In this document: positions 49,401 to 61,266 of the stretch, piece by piece
Position numbering within the stretch: the first letter of the stretch is position 1
How the letters are laid out: each line of letters starts with the position of its first letter
Assembly: GCA_001643675.2 (NCBI GenBank)
Contig: LSRY02000039.1
Coordinates: 372,001 to 436,000 of the forward strand
DNA from: Monocercomonoides exilis PA203
Taxonomy: Eukaryota > Protista > Preaxostyla
Length of the DNA: 64,000 bases
Direction: 5' to 3'
Program-made: the position numbers and the translations under genes
Notes under the pieces: model-generated
The model's input: only the letters and a program-made list of their open reading frames with translations
The model's database searches: none
What the model was told of the DNA's origin: nothing

Positions 49401-52400
49401 AGTGAAGAAGAAATCGAAGAGCTGGAGAGAAGACAAAGAGAAATGCTGTCGGCAAACGATGAAAATTGGGTGGATGTGTTGTCTGGTGCTCCATCAACTG
49501 CTTCTTCTTCCACCTCATCCTCCACCTCCTCCTCATCTTCTTCTTCTTCTACTTCTTCTTTGATTTCTTCTTCTTCAACAAATCTAATTTCAAATCTTGG
49601 CTCAAATTCTGTTGCTCTGCTTCCAACCTCATCTTCTCTTCCTCGTCCATCAATTCTTCCCTCTTTCCTCCAACCTCCAGCAGACAAAGCACAAACAATC
49701 ATTCATTCTTCTCCTTCTCCTTCTCCTTCACTTCTCTCTTCTCCTTCTTCAACACCTCATTCTCATTCTTATTCGCCAGCACATTCTCCATCTCACAATT
49801 CATCATCATCATCTTCTTCTTCTTTGTCTCCTTCTCTTTCTCTCCACTCACTCACTCCCCAGCTGTTCCTCAACCGCCTCTCACCAACTCTCCTCACCTC
49901 ACGTGGAATAACTGCGCTGTGTGAAGGTGTCAGCGATGGCTGGCAGCGTGTGATGGATCTGCTGCTCACACCGGAACTGACGCCTGCTGCAACACCTGCT
50001 GTGATCGATGCCTTTGCCGATCTTCTCACTCAGAAAAGAGCAATCATCAGAAGATGCTTATGCCATCTGCCGTTTGGTGCTGCTTCTCTGCTGCTGACTG
50101 AGTGTGTGGAGCGTTTTGCGCTGAACAAACGAAGAGCAGAAAAGCGAGCAGCTGAAAGAAACACTCATTTTTCACTGGCAGCTGCACAGTCACTCAGAAT
50201 CCGATCCATCGCAGCGTCTGCTGCCTTTCATAGAGCCTCTTCTGTTGCTCGCACGCAGCTGCTCTTTGCGCGAAGGCATTTGCTGTTTGTCTCGTTTTCA
50301 ATGAAGATGCACTCGCTTTCTCACTCACGGTGGATGGATGCGCTGGTTGACATGCGCAGAGAAGGGGGCATCTTCTCTTTGCCTCCTCTGCCAGGCGATG
50401 AAGATCCACAAGGAGATTACTTGGGGAGGCTGAAGCAATGGCGAGTCGATCAGTATAAGAACCCATCAGCGATGCAGTGCAAGCTGACAGGGATGAGAGG
50501 GAAATCAGAAGAGAACAGAAAGATGTTTGGGGAGACGCCTTATTTGTTTGGGCCGCTGAAGTATTTGAAGAAGGCAGTGGCTAAAACAGAGCTTGATGAA
50601 CAGTACAAAGTGAAGAAGAGTGGTGAGAAGGAAGATAAGATTGAGAAATGTGATGGAAGTGATATGCAGTTGAAGAAGAAAAAGAAGAAGAATTTAAAAG
50701 CAAACAAGAAATCGAAGCACTCAGACCAGAATGAAGAAAAGAGTTATGCCAAAAACAGAATGAATATAAACAGATATTTGTCATCTTATTCTTCACAGAA
50801 ATCATATCCGAACAATGCTAATAATAATTCGATGATTATTTCTGATTCATCAATTGGATCATCTCCTTCATCCTCATCCTCACCACATCCTCGTTCTCTT
50901 CTTGCCCTTGATCCAAACATCGCTTCTTTATGCCGTTCGCTTGGTTCTTCTCTTCTCTCTCTCTTTTCTGAGCCTCTTCTCTTTGCATGCAATGTGTCCC
51001 GACTGGTGGGAGGCGTTGATCCGCAAGATGCGCTTCTGCTTCTCAGTGATACAGACTGCTATGTCATCGACGATCTGTCTATTTCTCCATCGGTTGTGTG
51101 CATCCCAGCGAAGTTTCCTGTCAGAATATCGTTTGATGCGAAGAGATGGAGCAAGAGGATGATGAAGATTGCATCGGAAGGGCTGTGGGTGGTGAAGGAG
51201 ATGGAGAGTGAGAAAAAGAGAGAAGAAGAAGAGGAAGATGAAATTGAAGGCACAACTTCTAAAGAAGATGAAAGCAATTCATCTTCAACTGAAGCAGAAG
51301 AAGAAAATGAAGAAGAAGAAGAGAGTGAGCATCTTGATCATGTTGACACTTTCTCACTATACACTCCTGTTTCTCTTTTCAAAGTTGCACACAAAGTGTT
51401 CAATGTGAATACTTCTGAACAAGAACTCGATGATGCTTATATCAAGCACAAAGATCATATTTTGTCTTCTATCTGTCACTGTGCATCCTGCCAATCATTT
51501 GGGCACTTGAATGGAAAACACAAATGTGAATATTGCGATTCTGCTTCATCGCAATTAGCATCATTGCCAAATTCATCTTCTGCATTTTCTTTCTCAAACA
51601 CAAAAGAAAAGCTGCTCAGTTCCTATTCTCCTCTGCATCAACCTTCCTCAAATCATTCAACCACTCCCTCTCTCATCTCCTCTGGCTCTGAGACTCTTTC
51701 TCGTGCTTCTTTCCTTTTAAGAAGCTCTCCTTCAGCTCAGCGTTCATCATGTGATTCACTCGCTCCACTGATTCAATCTTTCCCTCTTTCTGAAGTGATC
51801 GAAATTGTTCCACGTAGATTCACACTGATGCCAGTTGCACTGGAAATAACGCTCATTCGAAAGGAGACCTATTTCTTTGTATTTCCCTCGCCTGCTGTCA
51901 GATGCATTGCCTATCAGCACCTTTCTTCTCTGGCTATGAGTCAGAGCCCCGTTTTCGAGCCGCACCACAAAGATGTGATTGAAGCGACTGTTGAGCCAGG
52001 GAATTTCGCAGCTCCAACAGCAAGCACACCAATTCTGGAGATGGATGAAAGAGGCAATTTTGGGTTCACAACACTTGGCGAAGCAACAGAGATGTGGAGG
52101 AAAGGAGAGATGAGCAACTATCGCTATCTGATGCTGGTGAACAATGCTGCGGGGAGGACGACGCAGGATCTGTCACAATACCCCGTGTTTCCATGGGTGC
52201 TCCGCATGTACAACCATCCTTCATCTGTGATTGATCTGAAGAACAACTTGTCATTCAGGAACTTCGCAAGACCGATGGGAGCGCTGACGAAGCAGAGAGC
52301 TGCAAAAGCGAGGGATCAGTTCAACAACATGGTGTGTGTGGCACAGATGAACGAGATTATGAAAGAGAAAGACAAAGCTCGAAGGGCAGGCGCTGGAGCA

Positions 52401-55400
52401 TTGTTTGACGAGAAGGCGATGAGAAAGAAAGATCCTCTTGTTCTGATTGGATCGATTCATTCGTCAGTCGGAGAGAAGAACAGGTTGATGAGCGAGGCTG
52501 GTGGCTTCTTCAAATCAAAGGGGCTGTTCAGACGGAATCCGATTTTCAGAACAGATGGGAAGATGCCATCACTTACATCAGATGGGCAATCAAGTGCAGG
52601 AATAGCTGGAGCTTCGCAAGGTGGCTCTGGTAGTTCTTCAGTGGTTGCTTCTTCTTCTTCTACGTCTTCAGCTTCTTCTTCTCATTCTGCTTCTGCTTCT
52701 TCTTCATCATCATCTGAAGAGCCTTTTGACTTTACGTTTTCTTCTCAACCGTATCATTTTGGCTCGCATTACTCAAATGCTGGCATTGTTCTCTATTTCT
52801 TGACGAGAGTCGAGCCGTTCACCTCTCTCGAAATGCATATTCACTCACAGCGCTTTGACGTTGGCGACAGAATCTTCCATTCGATCGGAGAGGCATTCAA
52901 GTGTGCTTCTGAAGGGTTCATCTACGATTTCAAAGAGAGCTTGCCTGATTTCTATGCAAATCCGGCTTTTCTGCGGTCGCATATGGATTTTGCACGGATG
53001 GGACAAAGAACAGGTCTTTTAGAATCAACCATGTCAGCATCTATATCTCCGTATTCAGCACATTATTTAAGCGAGTTGATGGAAAAGAAGAAGAGGAAGG
53101 AGGAAGAGAAAGACGACAAAGACGAAAAACATATGACTGATGCAGATGTCAAAGAAAAGGATAAAACTGATTCATCTTCAGAAGCAATCGATAAAGACGA
53201 AGCATCTTCGTCTTCGTCTTCTTCATTAAAATCTTTAAAGCCAACCAAACTGCCCACAACAACTCCTCTCCACGATGTAGTTCTTCCACTTTGGAGCCAC
53301 AAATCTCCTTTTGCTTTCATTCGCATCAACAAACTTGCACTTGAATCACCAATCGCCTCTGCTTTCATCCACAAATGGATCGACTTAGTCTTCGGTGCCT
53401 GCCAGCGAGGGCCAGCTGCTGTGACCGCGCTGAACACGTTCCATGTGCTGACGTATGAAGGCTCGGTGGATGTGGCATCAATCACTGATCGCGTAACAAA
53501 GAAGAGTGTGATTGCGCAGATCAACAACTTCGGGCAGACCCCGTCTCAGGTCTTTATCGAGCCTCATCCGCAGAAGAAGAATTCGCCGTTGCCGGCAAGT
53601 TTTCTCGATGCGCCGAACAGAATTGTTGTTGTGTTTTCTGAGTTTGTCGTGCCGTCTGTCTTCACAAAGGCGGCAAGCTCGCTGGCTTCTTCATCGACTG
53701 CTCCTCCACCGATGATTTTGCCATTGCCATATCAGCATCAATTGAAGAAAGCAAGTGATAAACCAACCTCTGCTTCTGCTACTGCTTCTGCTGCTTCTTT
53801 GTTGAACACTCCAATAAAGAAAGACAAATCAAAGACAAAGTCCAAACATCCAAAAAGACATTCCATAATATCCACACTCTGCACACTCCCTCCACCTCCA
53901 GGTCCCTCAGCCTCTCCTTTCACACATCCTTCCTCCACTTCGCTCACCTCTCCCATCAGCGATGTCCGAATCCGCCCAGGAACAGAATCCATTGACACTC
54001 GTGTGGAGACAATTGGTCCACGACGCATATTTGTTCCGGGTGGGAAGGGAATTTCAGTCGGGTTTGGCGGAAGTGACAGGAGCATCCGCATTCACTCAGC
54101 AGGAAATGGGGCTGTGCTGTCGATCCACTCTGGAATGCACCACGGGGCGATCACAGCAGCAGCAGTGGTGTGTGGCTATGTGGGCGAGCCAGACAAGCAC
54201 CCACTTTATCCGCCTGTGGCTGGAATTGAGTGGGAGGCACAGAACGAAGTATCGCAGGGGATGCTGTGGAATGAGAGTGTGATGCTCATTCAGCAGAGCG
54301 CGATAGCACTTGAACTTATCGACAGGGGAATTCTGAAGAAGCATTCGTCTGTTTCTGCTGCAGAAGAGAGACAGGAAGAGATCAGAAAAGAAAGCGAACG
54401 AAGAGTCAATGAAAGCAAAAATTGTTCTGATTTGCTTGAAAAATCAGAAGAAATATCAGAAGAAATGGGAACTTGTAGCTCATTGTCATCATTCTCTTCT
54501 GAAGAACAACTGACAAATTCTGTTATCACACGCAATCTCGCCAGAAACTTCCTTTCTGCGATGGATCCATTGCTTGCTGAATTGTCATCTTCTCTTTCGT
54601 TGTCTGTTGCACAGCCGCCTGCTCTTCCACAGCGCCTCAAATCATTTGTTGGTGAGATTGATACTGTTAAGAGCGAGCGAAATATATCAGCTCATACTCA
54701 TTCTTCAGGAAAGGCATTGCAGCCTTCATCCTCGTCATCATCTTCTTCTTCTTCTACAAAAGAGACAAATGAGAAATTAGCTTCACAACCATCACCGAGC
54801 ATCTCATTACCATCCAAAAATATTCCCCAACAAACAGAACAGACAAATAAGCTTGTTGAATCTTCTTCAGATTCTAGTGCCAGCGAAAAGGGTACAACGT
54901 TATTGTCGTCAGAGCCTGTCACAAATGAAAAAGATGCAATGAAAAGTTCCATTTTAGTTCAAAATGAAACTACAGATCATTCTTCTTCAACAAATTCGAA
55001 TGAAGAGCACTCAGAGCCTTCAAAGGAACAAATTGAAGATGCAGCTCAAACTTCGCCTGATGCTTCTTTAGAAATTCCCAAAGAAGAAAAAGAATCAGCA
55101 AAGGACGATTTGCAACAACAAAACGACGAACAAATAGAGAAAAGTGAGACGCCTCCTGTTCCATTGGCAGCAAATGATTTCCTTTCAGCAGCAGACAATT
55201 TGGAGGATAATGCTTCAATACCTTCACCATCATCTTCTTCTTCTTCTACTTCATTGTCATCATCTGATTCTGTTGTTGATCCGTCAATTGATGAAAGTGG
55301 AATGAGCAATTCGTTCTCTCACATTGCAAGTGATACAATGGATCTTTCCTCGTTTGACCAGCCGCCTTCTTCTTCTTCTTCTTTGACGCCTTCTGATTCA

Positions 55401-58400
55401 ATTGCAAATGAGAAAACTTTTTCTGTTTCACGTTCAGATCATCCTTTGTTGTCTTCAACATTATCTCCGTTTTCTTCATTCTCTTCTTCTCCTTCTTCAG
55501 TATCGATTACATCCAACCAACGAAACCGGTCAGCCACAACAGTTGTTCTTCCTTCACATCTGCACAATTTGGTCACTCCTGCCCTCACATTCACACCTCC
55601 ATCAGCAATGAAGAAATCATCTTCTTCTGATAACATTCAATTTTTGGAAGAGGATGCTAACAACAGAAAACAGGATAAAATACATCATAAGCATCACCAT
55701 CACCATCATCATAGAATTCACCATCTTCACAGCAATAATGTTTCTCTGAACGATCAAAGGCAGCAATTCTTCAAAGCCCAGTCAAATTCTCCATTTTCGT
55801 CATCCTCCTCCTCCTCCTCATCTTCTTTCACAAGCTTGCCAACTCCGCTGTCTATCCACTCGAAGTTCCCCATTCCTCCGCCAACTGTTGTAAATCCTCT
55901 TATTCTTCCTCTGACTGCTGCCTCAACACAAGCCCCGTTCACAACTGGTGGACACAAAATGATCAACCACCAATTTTCTGTGTCTTCTCGTGGTGCTCTC
56001 TTCCGAAACAACATTTCTGCACCTTCGTCTTCAACCACTTTGTCTTCTCTTCTTCTGAATGAGGGTGTTCCATCTTCTTTCGAATCTGCTTCTTCTTCAA
56101 CATCGCTTTTGACATCGTCTGAAGCTGCTTTCACTCTTTTAACAGGTGGGAGCGACGGACTTGTGAAGATCTGGCGCTTCACTTCTTCATCCGCTGTGCA
56201 TCAGTCGCTTCTTGCTTCGTCTTCTCCAATCGCTTCAACTGCCATTGCGAATCTATCTGGAAATTCCGCTCCTTCGCTTGCTGGCTCCACCATCCCTGCG
56301 TTGCAGCAGGCACAGAAGGAGAGAGAGAAGAACAGGCAAAGGCTTCTCAGGTTGAGACAGAAAAGCGATGATGCAATTCCTGTTGGCACGGACACCACAC
56401 TCTGCGGAATGACTTCTGTTGCACTTCCTTCTTCTTCTTCTTCTACAACTTCTTCTTCCTCCTCGCTCGTTTCGTTGAGTTCAGGCAGCACTTTGCAAAA
56501 TACACCAGGTGGAAAAGGCAAAAAAGCAGCAGACAAAGAAGCAGTCTCATTTGTTCCGATAGGATCAATTGACAAGGACACTTCTTTTGCCTCATCGAAT
56601 TCTGCAGATTCGAGTTTGAGGCAGACAAGTTTGTCCTCTTCTTCGTTTGTGACACCTCGCACTTTGTCTTCTGATGCTCAGGCGTCTTCGGTGGAGCTGA
56701 TGTTCACTCCTTCTCCAACTGTATCGTCTTCTTTTTCATCAGAATCATCTTATTCATCTGTCTCTTCCTTCTTTTCGTCGTTTTCTCGCCAATCTTCTTT
56801 GTCTTCTTTGGCTCTTTCGGACGTATCAAATGCTTCTTCTTATTCTGCTTCTTCTTCAACAAGCTCATTGTCTTCATTCTTTGCGACTTCACCATCTCAG
56901 ATGTCTTCTGTCCTTTCGTCTCATTTTGTGTCTGCTGCTGTTTGTACTTCAGGAATGACAGGTTTCCGCTCTGCATTGGGAACATGGGAGAATAGTAAAG
57001 TCTTATCTGACACAATTGGTCAATCTCTGATGAATGCCCAAATTGTATCTGAGAACAGAACAAGACGTTCAAAAAGGCAGTCACATGGAATTGGATTAAA
57101 TAAAGTTAATGAACTGTCCAAACTGGAAAGGGAGGTGAAACGAGAGAAGGAGTTTGCACGAATTAATACTCAACTACAGGCAGGTTCTCATTCAGCTCGT
57201 GCAAAAACGCAAGCGGTTAGCAAATCCGAGGAGAATACAAAGTCAATGTTTGCGCTTCCGATGCGTTCAGTTCCTGCATTATCATTCCATCCTGCACTTG
57301 CACCACTCCGAAGCCCCAATCCTCTTCCAGCTCAGCCCACAAACTACATTCGAATGTCCACAATGCTATTTGCAGCTCATTCACCGTCTTCGCTTTTCAA
57401 CTTGTCTTCTCCAACAACAGCATCTTTGCCAAGTATCTCTGCTCCTACTGCTTCTGATGCAACGATGCCACCTGATCTGTACACAGCAATACAAGGAACA
57501 ATTGGCTCTGCTGCCTCTGCTTCAACATCAGCAGCGGATAAAACAGCATCACTAATTCAGACGCCTTCTTCATCACCTTCTTCATGGTCTTATTTCTACT
57601 CGGTTTCTCCTTCGAGTTCTCTGCATTCCCACACTACTCAGCTTCAGCATCTGCGAATGATCGGTCGATCTCCCGCGCTATCTCTCCTAAATGCAGGCTC
57701 TTCGGCACTGCAGCAGGCTTCTTCATTGCAAAATGGCTATGTGTGCACTTCTATTGCAACTTTAAGAGGTCATCATTCGCCCATCACGTATGTTGCTGTG
57801 AATGGGCAGTTGGGGATGGCTGTGACTGGAGATGCAGCTGGAATGGTATTTGTCTGGAACTTGAGAAGGATGTGCTTTGACTGGTGCGCTCATATTCTTG
57901 ATGGAATGCCTGAAGAGCTGGAAGAGACAACTGAAGATTGTTCAGAAACAGAAAAATCTGACAACGAGGAGAAGAGGAAAATATCACTTCATGATCGAAG
58001 ATTTGGATGCCAGCCAAATGACATCTTTATCAAAGATCGTTGCGAGTGTAAGACATCATCAGTGTCTCGAATGTATCCTTTCAACAGAAGGCTGAAGTCT
58101 GCTTCTCCTTCTCAACTTCTCTCAACTTCTCTTAATTCGAAGCGAGCTGTTCCGATTACAGCAATACAAATATGTCCTTCTTCTGGTGCTGTAATTGCTG
58201 GAAGTGGTTCGATGCTAGCCAAATGGAATTGTTCCGGAATGCTTCAATTCTGGACAGATAGAATTGATGCAGATGAATGGAAAGAAGGCAGAAGAGGAGA
58301 AAACAACAAACAAAAAGGTATTCAAAGGAATGAGAATAAACAAAATGAGATGGGGATTGGAACGAAGAAACGAGAAGGGTTCAATCATCCATTCATCCAT

Positions 58401-60788
58401 GTCAGAGCATCATCAACAGTTGGAACGAGTGTTCACACATCTCAGCAGAACAGTTCATCAACAAACAATTCTGTTTCATCGCATCCATTTGTTATTAGTT
58501 CAATGCACACGTTGACTTCAAGAACTGCTGGAGAGAACGAATGTGTTCTGATTGGAGGATCAGACGGACAGCTTCATGTGTTTGATTTTGTTGACCAGAA
58601 ACGGAATGTCATTTTCACTTACAGGCAATTGAGATGCATCAAAAGATGGTGTTCAGAGGGTAGCTCGCTTTGCATTCAAATAAACGAAGATTTGTGTGAA
58701 TTTCGTAATAAGAGAAAAAGATTGTTATACAGGAGAAAGGGAATATCTCTTGAGAATTTTTCTGAAGATGATGAATCGTGTTGTTCTTCTGATGAATCAT
58801 CATCATCTGAGGATCTCATCAGAAGCAACCCTTCTTATTCACCAATTACAAGCAAATGCAAGCTAGATTCAGGGCTTTCTCCATCTGTCGCCCTGAGTCT
58901 TGCCAAAGGCGCAAGTGAAATCTGTTCTGTTCTTGTAGAAAGTATGGTGTGTCTTGCTGCTGAATTGGCAACAGCCCAGGTTTCTGTGGATGAATCTCAA
59001 GAAAAACAAGTTGCAAGGCATTTATTTGATATGTCAATGCATGGATCGATTCAGGATAGAGAAAGGAGAGCAAAAGCTGCACAGCAAAAGCAACTTGAAA
59101 AAATCTCAAGTGGATCGAATGTGATGCGTCAAGCGTCTTCTGTTTCTGGAAGTCAAAGCACACCTTTAAAAGCTGTCTCTTCAACATCGTCAAATGCGTT
59201 AGTATCATCTCCTATGAGCACCACAAAAAGAAGTGCTCCACCACCTCCGCCTCCTCCACCGCGATATGTTGCGCAAATGGATGAAGCAAGCACTTCAGCG
59301 GAAACAAACGAAAAACCAGAAGCACTAACTGATAACAAAGAGGAAATCAGAGAGCAAAAAGTTCGTGAAGAAGTGAAACAAGAAGAGACTGGAGTTGCTG
59401 ATACAAGCAGAGGAGACATCAAGGAAGAATCAACAAAAAGTTCAACAAGTGGAGAGGAAGGAGGATCTGCAAATTCAACCATTAATCAGTCTGAAGAAAA
59501 AGATCACGAAAATTCTCAAAGTTCTGATGTTCAAGATAAAACAAAAGAGGATGCAGAAGAAAAAGACGAGAATGAAGAGAATAAAGATGAATCAGATTCT
59601 TCTATCGAAGAAGGGACTGAAGAAGGCAATGAAACTGAAGGGGAGTCCGAATCAGAAGGAGAAGGAGAAGAAGAACAAAGTGAATCAGAAGAAGAAACAA
59701 AAGAACAATTGGAATCAAAAGATCAATCGATTGCAGTAAATGTGGATTCGAAAGAAGAATTACAAGAATCACAGGAATCGAATCAACTTCCACAAAAAGA
59801 ACAACAAAAAGACGAACATGCTGATGATCAGGCGAAGCATCAACTTGTTTTGGAACAAAAAGAAATTCAATCTCCAACTATGGTATCGCCATCTCCAACT
59901 GCTCTTGAAACACCAATTTCTACGAGACCTGGGGCTTCATCTGTTGCATCTGACGCTATTTCTTTACCTTCCCCTGTCATATCAGATTCTCCTTCTCTTC
60001 CTTCCTCTTCTCCTGTTGAATCACCTCTTGTAATGAGCTCGTTGAACACTCCTCGTCTTCTCCCGCCTGTTCCTCCTCCGTCTGCGTCTTTCTTGTCTCA
60101 AACATCCAAGTTTTCAACTGTTCGTTCGCTTATTCTCGATAAGTTGAGCATCTCAACATCTCCTCGCATTCAATCATCTTCATCATCACTTGCACCGATC
60201 TGTGGTGAAGCCGTCACAAGCGTCTCAGTCAGCTGCGATGGGGCGAATGTGATTGGAGGATCGTCGAAGGGACGTGTCACTGTGTGGAGCATAGACAACA
60301 CGCAAGATACGTCTCATTGGCTGCCTGATGCATCTGCGTTGGTCTGCACACGCTGTGGGACGAAGTTTACTACACGCAACAGAAGGCATCATTGCAGAGA
60401 ATGTGGAAGATTGTTCTGCTCATCTTGCACTTTCTGCCGTTCCACTGTTCCAAAACATGGCTTTGTGTATGAGAAAGTGAGGGTGTGCGTTGAGTGTTAT
60501 AAGGCAAGATTGGATAATGATGCCTTTGGCAAGGATGGAGGAGTGTATTATGGAAGTCTGTCAGGTATTCCGTTTGTTGACAATGAGCCTGTTGATTCAT
60601 CAGCTACCAGTAATTCTTCTGCTACTGTTTCTTCTTCTTCTTCTTCTTCTTCTTCTTCTTCACAATCGCAAGATATTGCTCCTCCACACCCGCTTTTCTC
60701 TTTCAAAGAGTCAGAAACAACACACATAGAAGAGACAAGGCATTCAACTCGTTTGGCTGCTTCAAGATCAAAGACTTTTTCGACATAA
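33133..60788 (+). CDS. Giant BEACH-domain protein (ConA-like, PH, BEACH, WD40, FYVE), ALFY/WDFY3/LvsA-like, ~9,140 aa; exons 33133-33212, 33338-33529, 33584-33804, 33865-60788
   Basis: ConA-like GGFTLSFWMKIE..NQWHHLCIVH (~40850-41260); PH-like RRFTLMPVALEI (~51810); BEACH WRKGEMSNYRYLMLVNNAAGRTTQDLSQYPVFPWVL..HFGSHYS..WIDLVFG..NFGQTPSQVF (~52090-53570); WD40 (TGGSDGLVKIW, LRGHHSPIT, GRVTVW); FYVE WLPD..RRHHCRECG..RVC (~60320-60500). Intron 33213-33337 restores the frame; two further AT-rich in-frame introns are inferred. Confidence 0.9.
35937..36010 (+). repeat. Coding 9-bp tandem repeat encoding (EEK)n
   Basis: gaggagaag/gaagagaag units repeated about 8 times inside the BEACH ORF. Confidence 0.85.
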
Positions 60789-61266
60789 TGAAATATATTT
60801 TCCATTAGTCTTTATTTGTTCGCAATTACGTTTGGCTTTTGTCTTTTTTTTTATTAATTTTCCTCACTTTATTCGCAATAGCTTCAATTTTTTTTTTCGG
60901 TATCTTTAATGAACAAATAAAAAAAAATGTTTTATGCTTTTGAGTTTCACCTATTTTTAGAGTTTCATTTTTTTGTTGTTACGAAAAAGAGGTGAATCGT
61001 ATCGCGATTCACAATTCTTTTTATTGTGTTTGATGCTATTCCGATGGTTCTGTTTATTGAAATTAATTTTGTCACTGTTCATGCTTTTTGCTATGTGTTT
61101 TTGTGTGAATGTCCAAAACTGTATTCTTTAAAAATAAATATTGATTTTCAATTTACAAAAAGATTTTGAAAAACATAAAATTCGTGTTCAACGCTTCATC
61201 AATAATGTGAATTGAATTTTGAAGAATTGTTAGAAAAAAAGATAAGAAAAAGAAAAAATATGGTGC

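Noticed and set aside
33888-60805. Dozens of antisense and alternate-frame ORFs over the large genes
   Set aside because: They are explained by stop-poor GAA/TTC low-complexity tracts and show no domain signatures.
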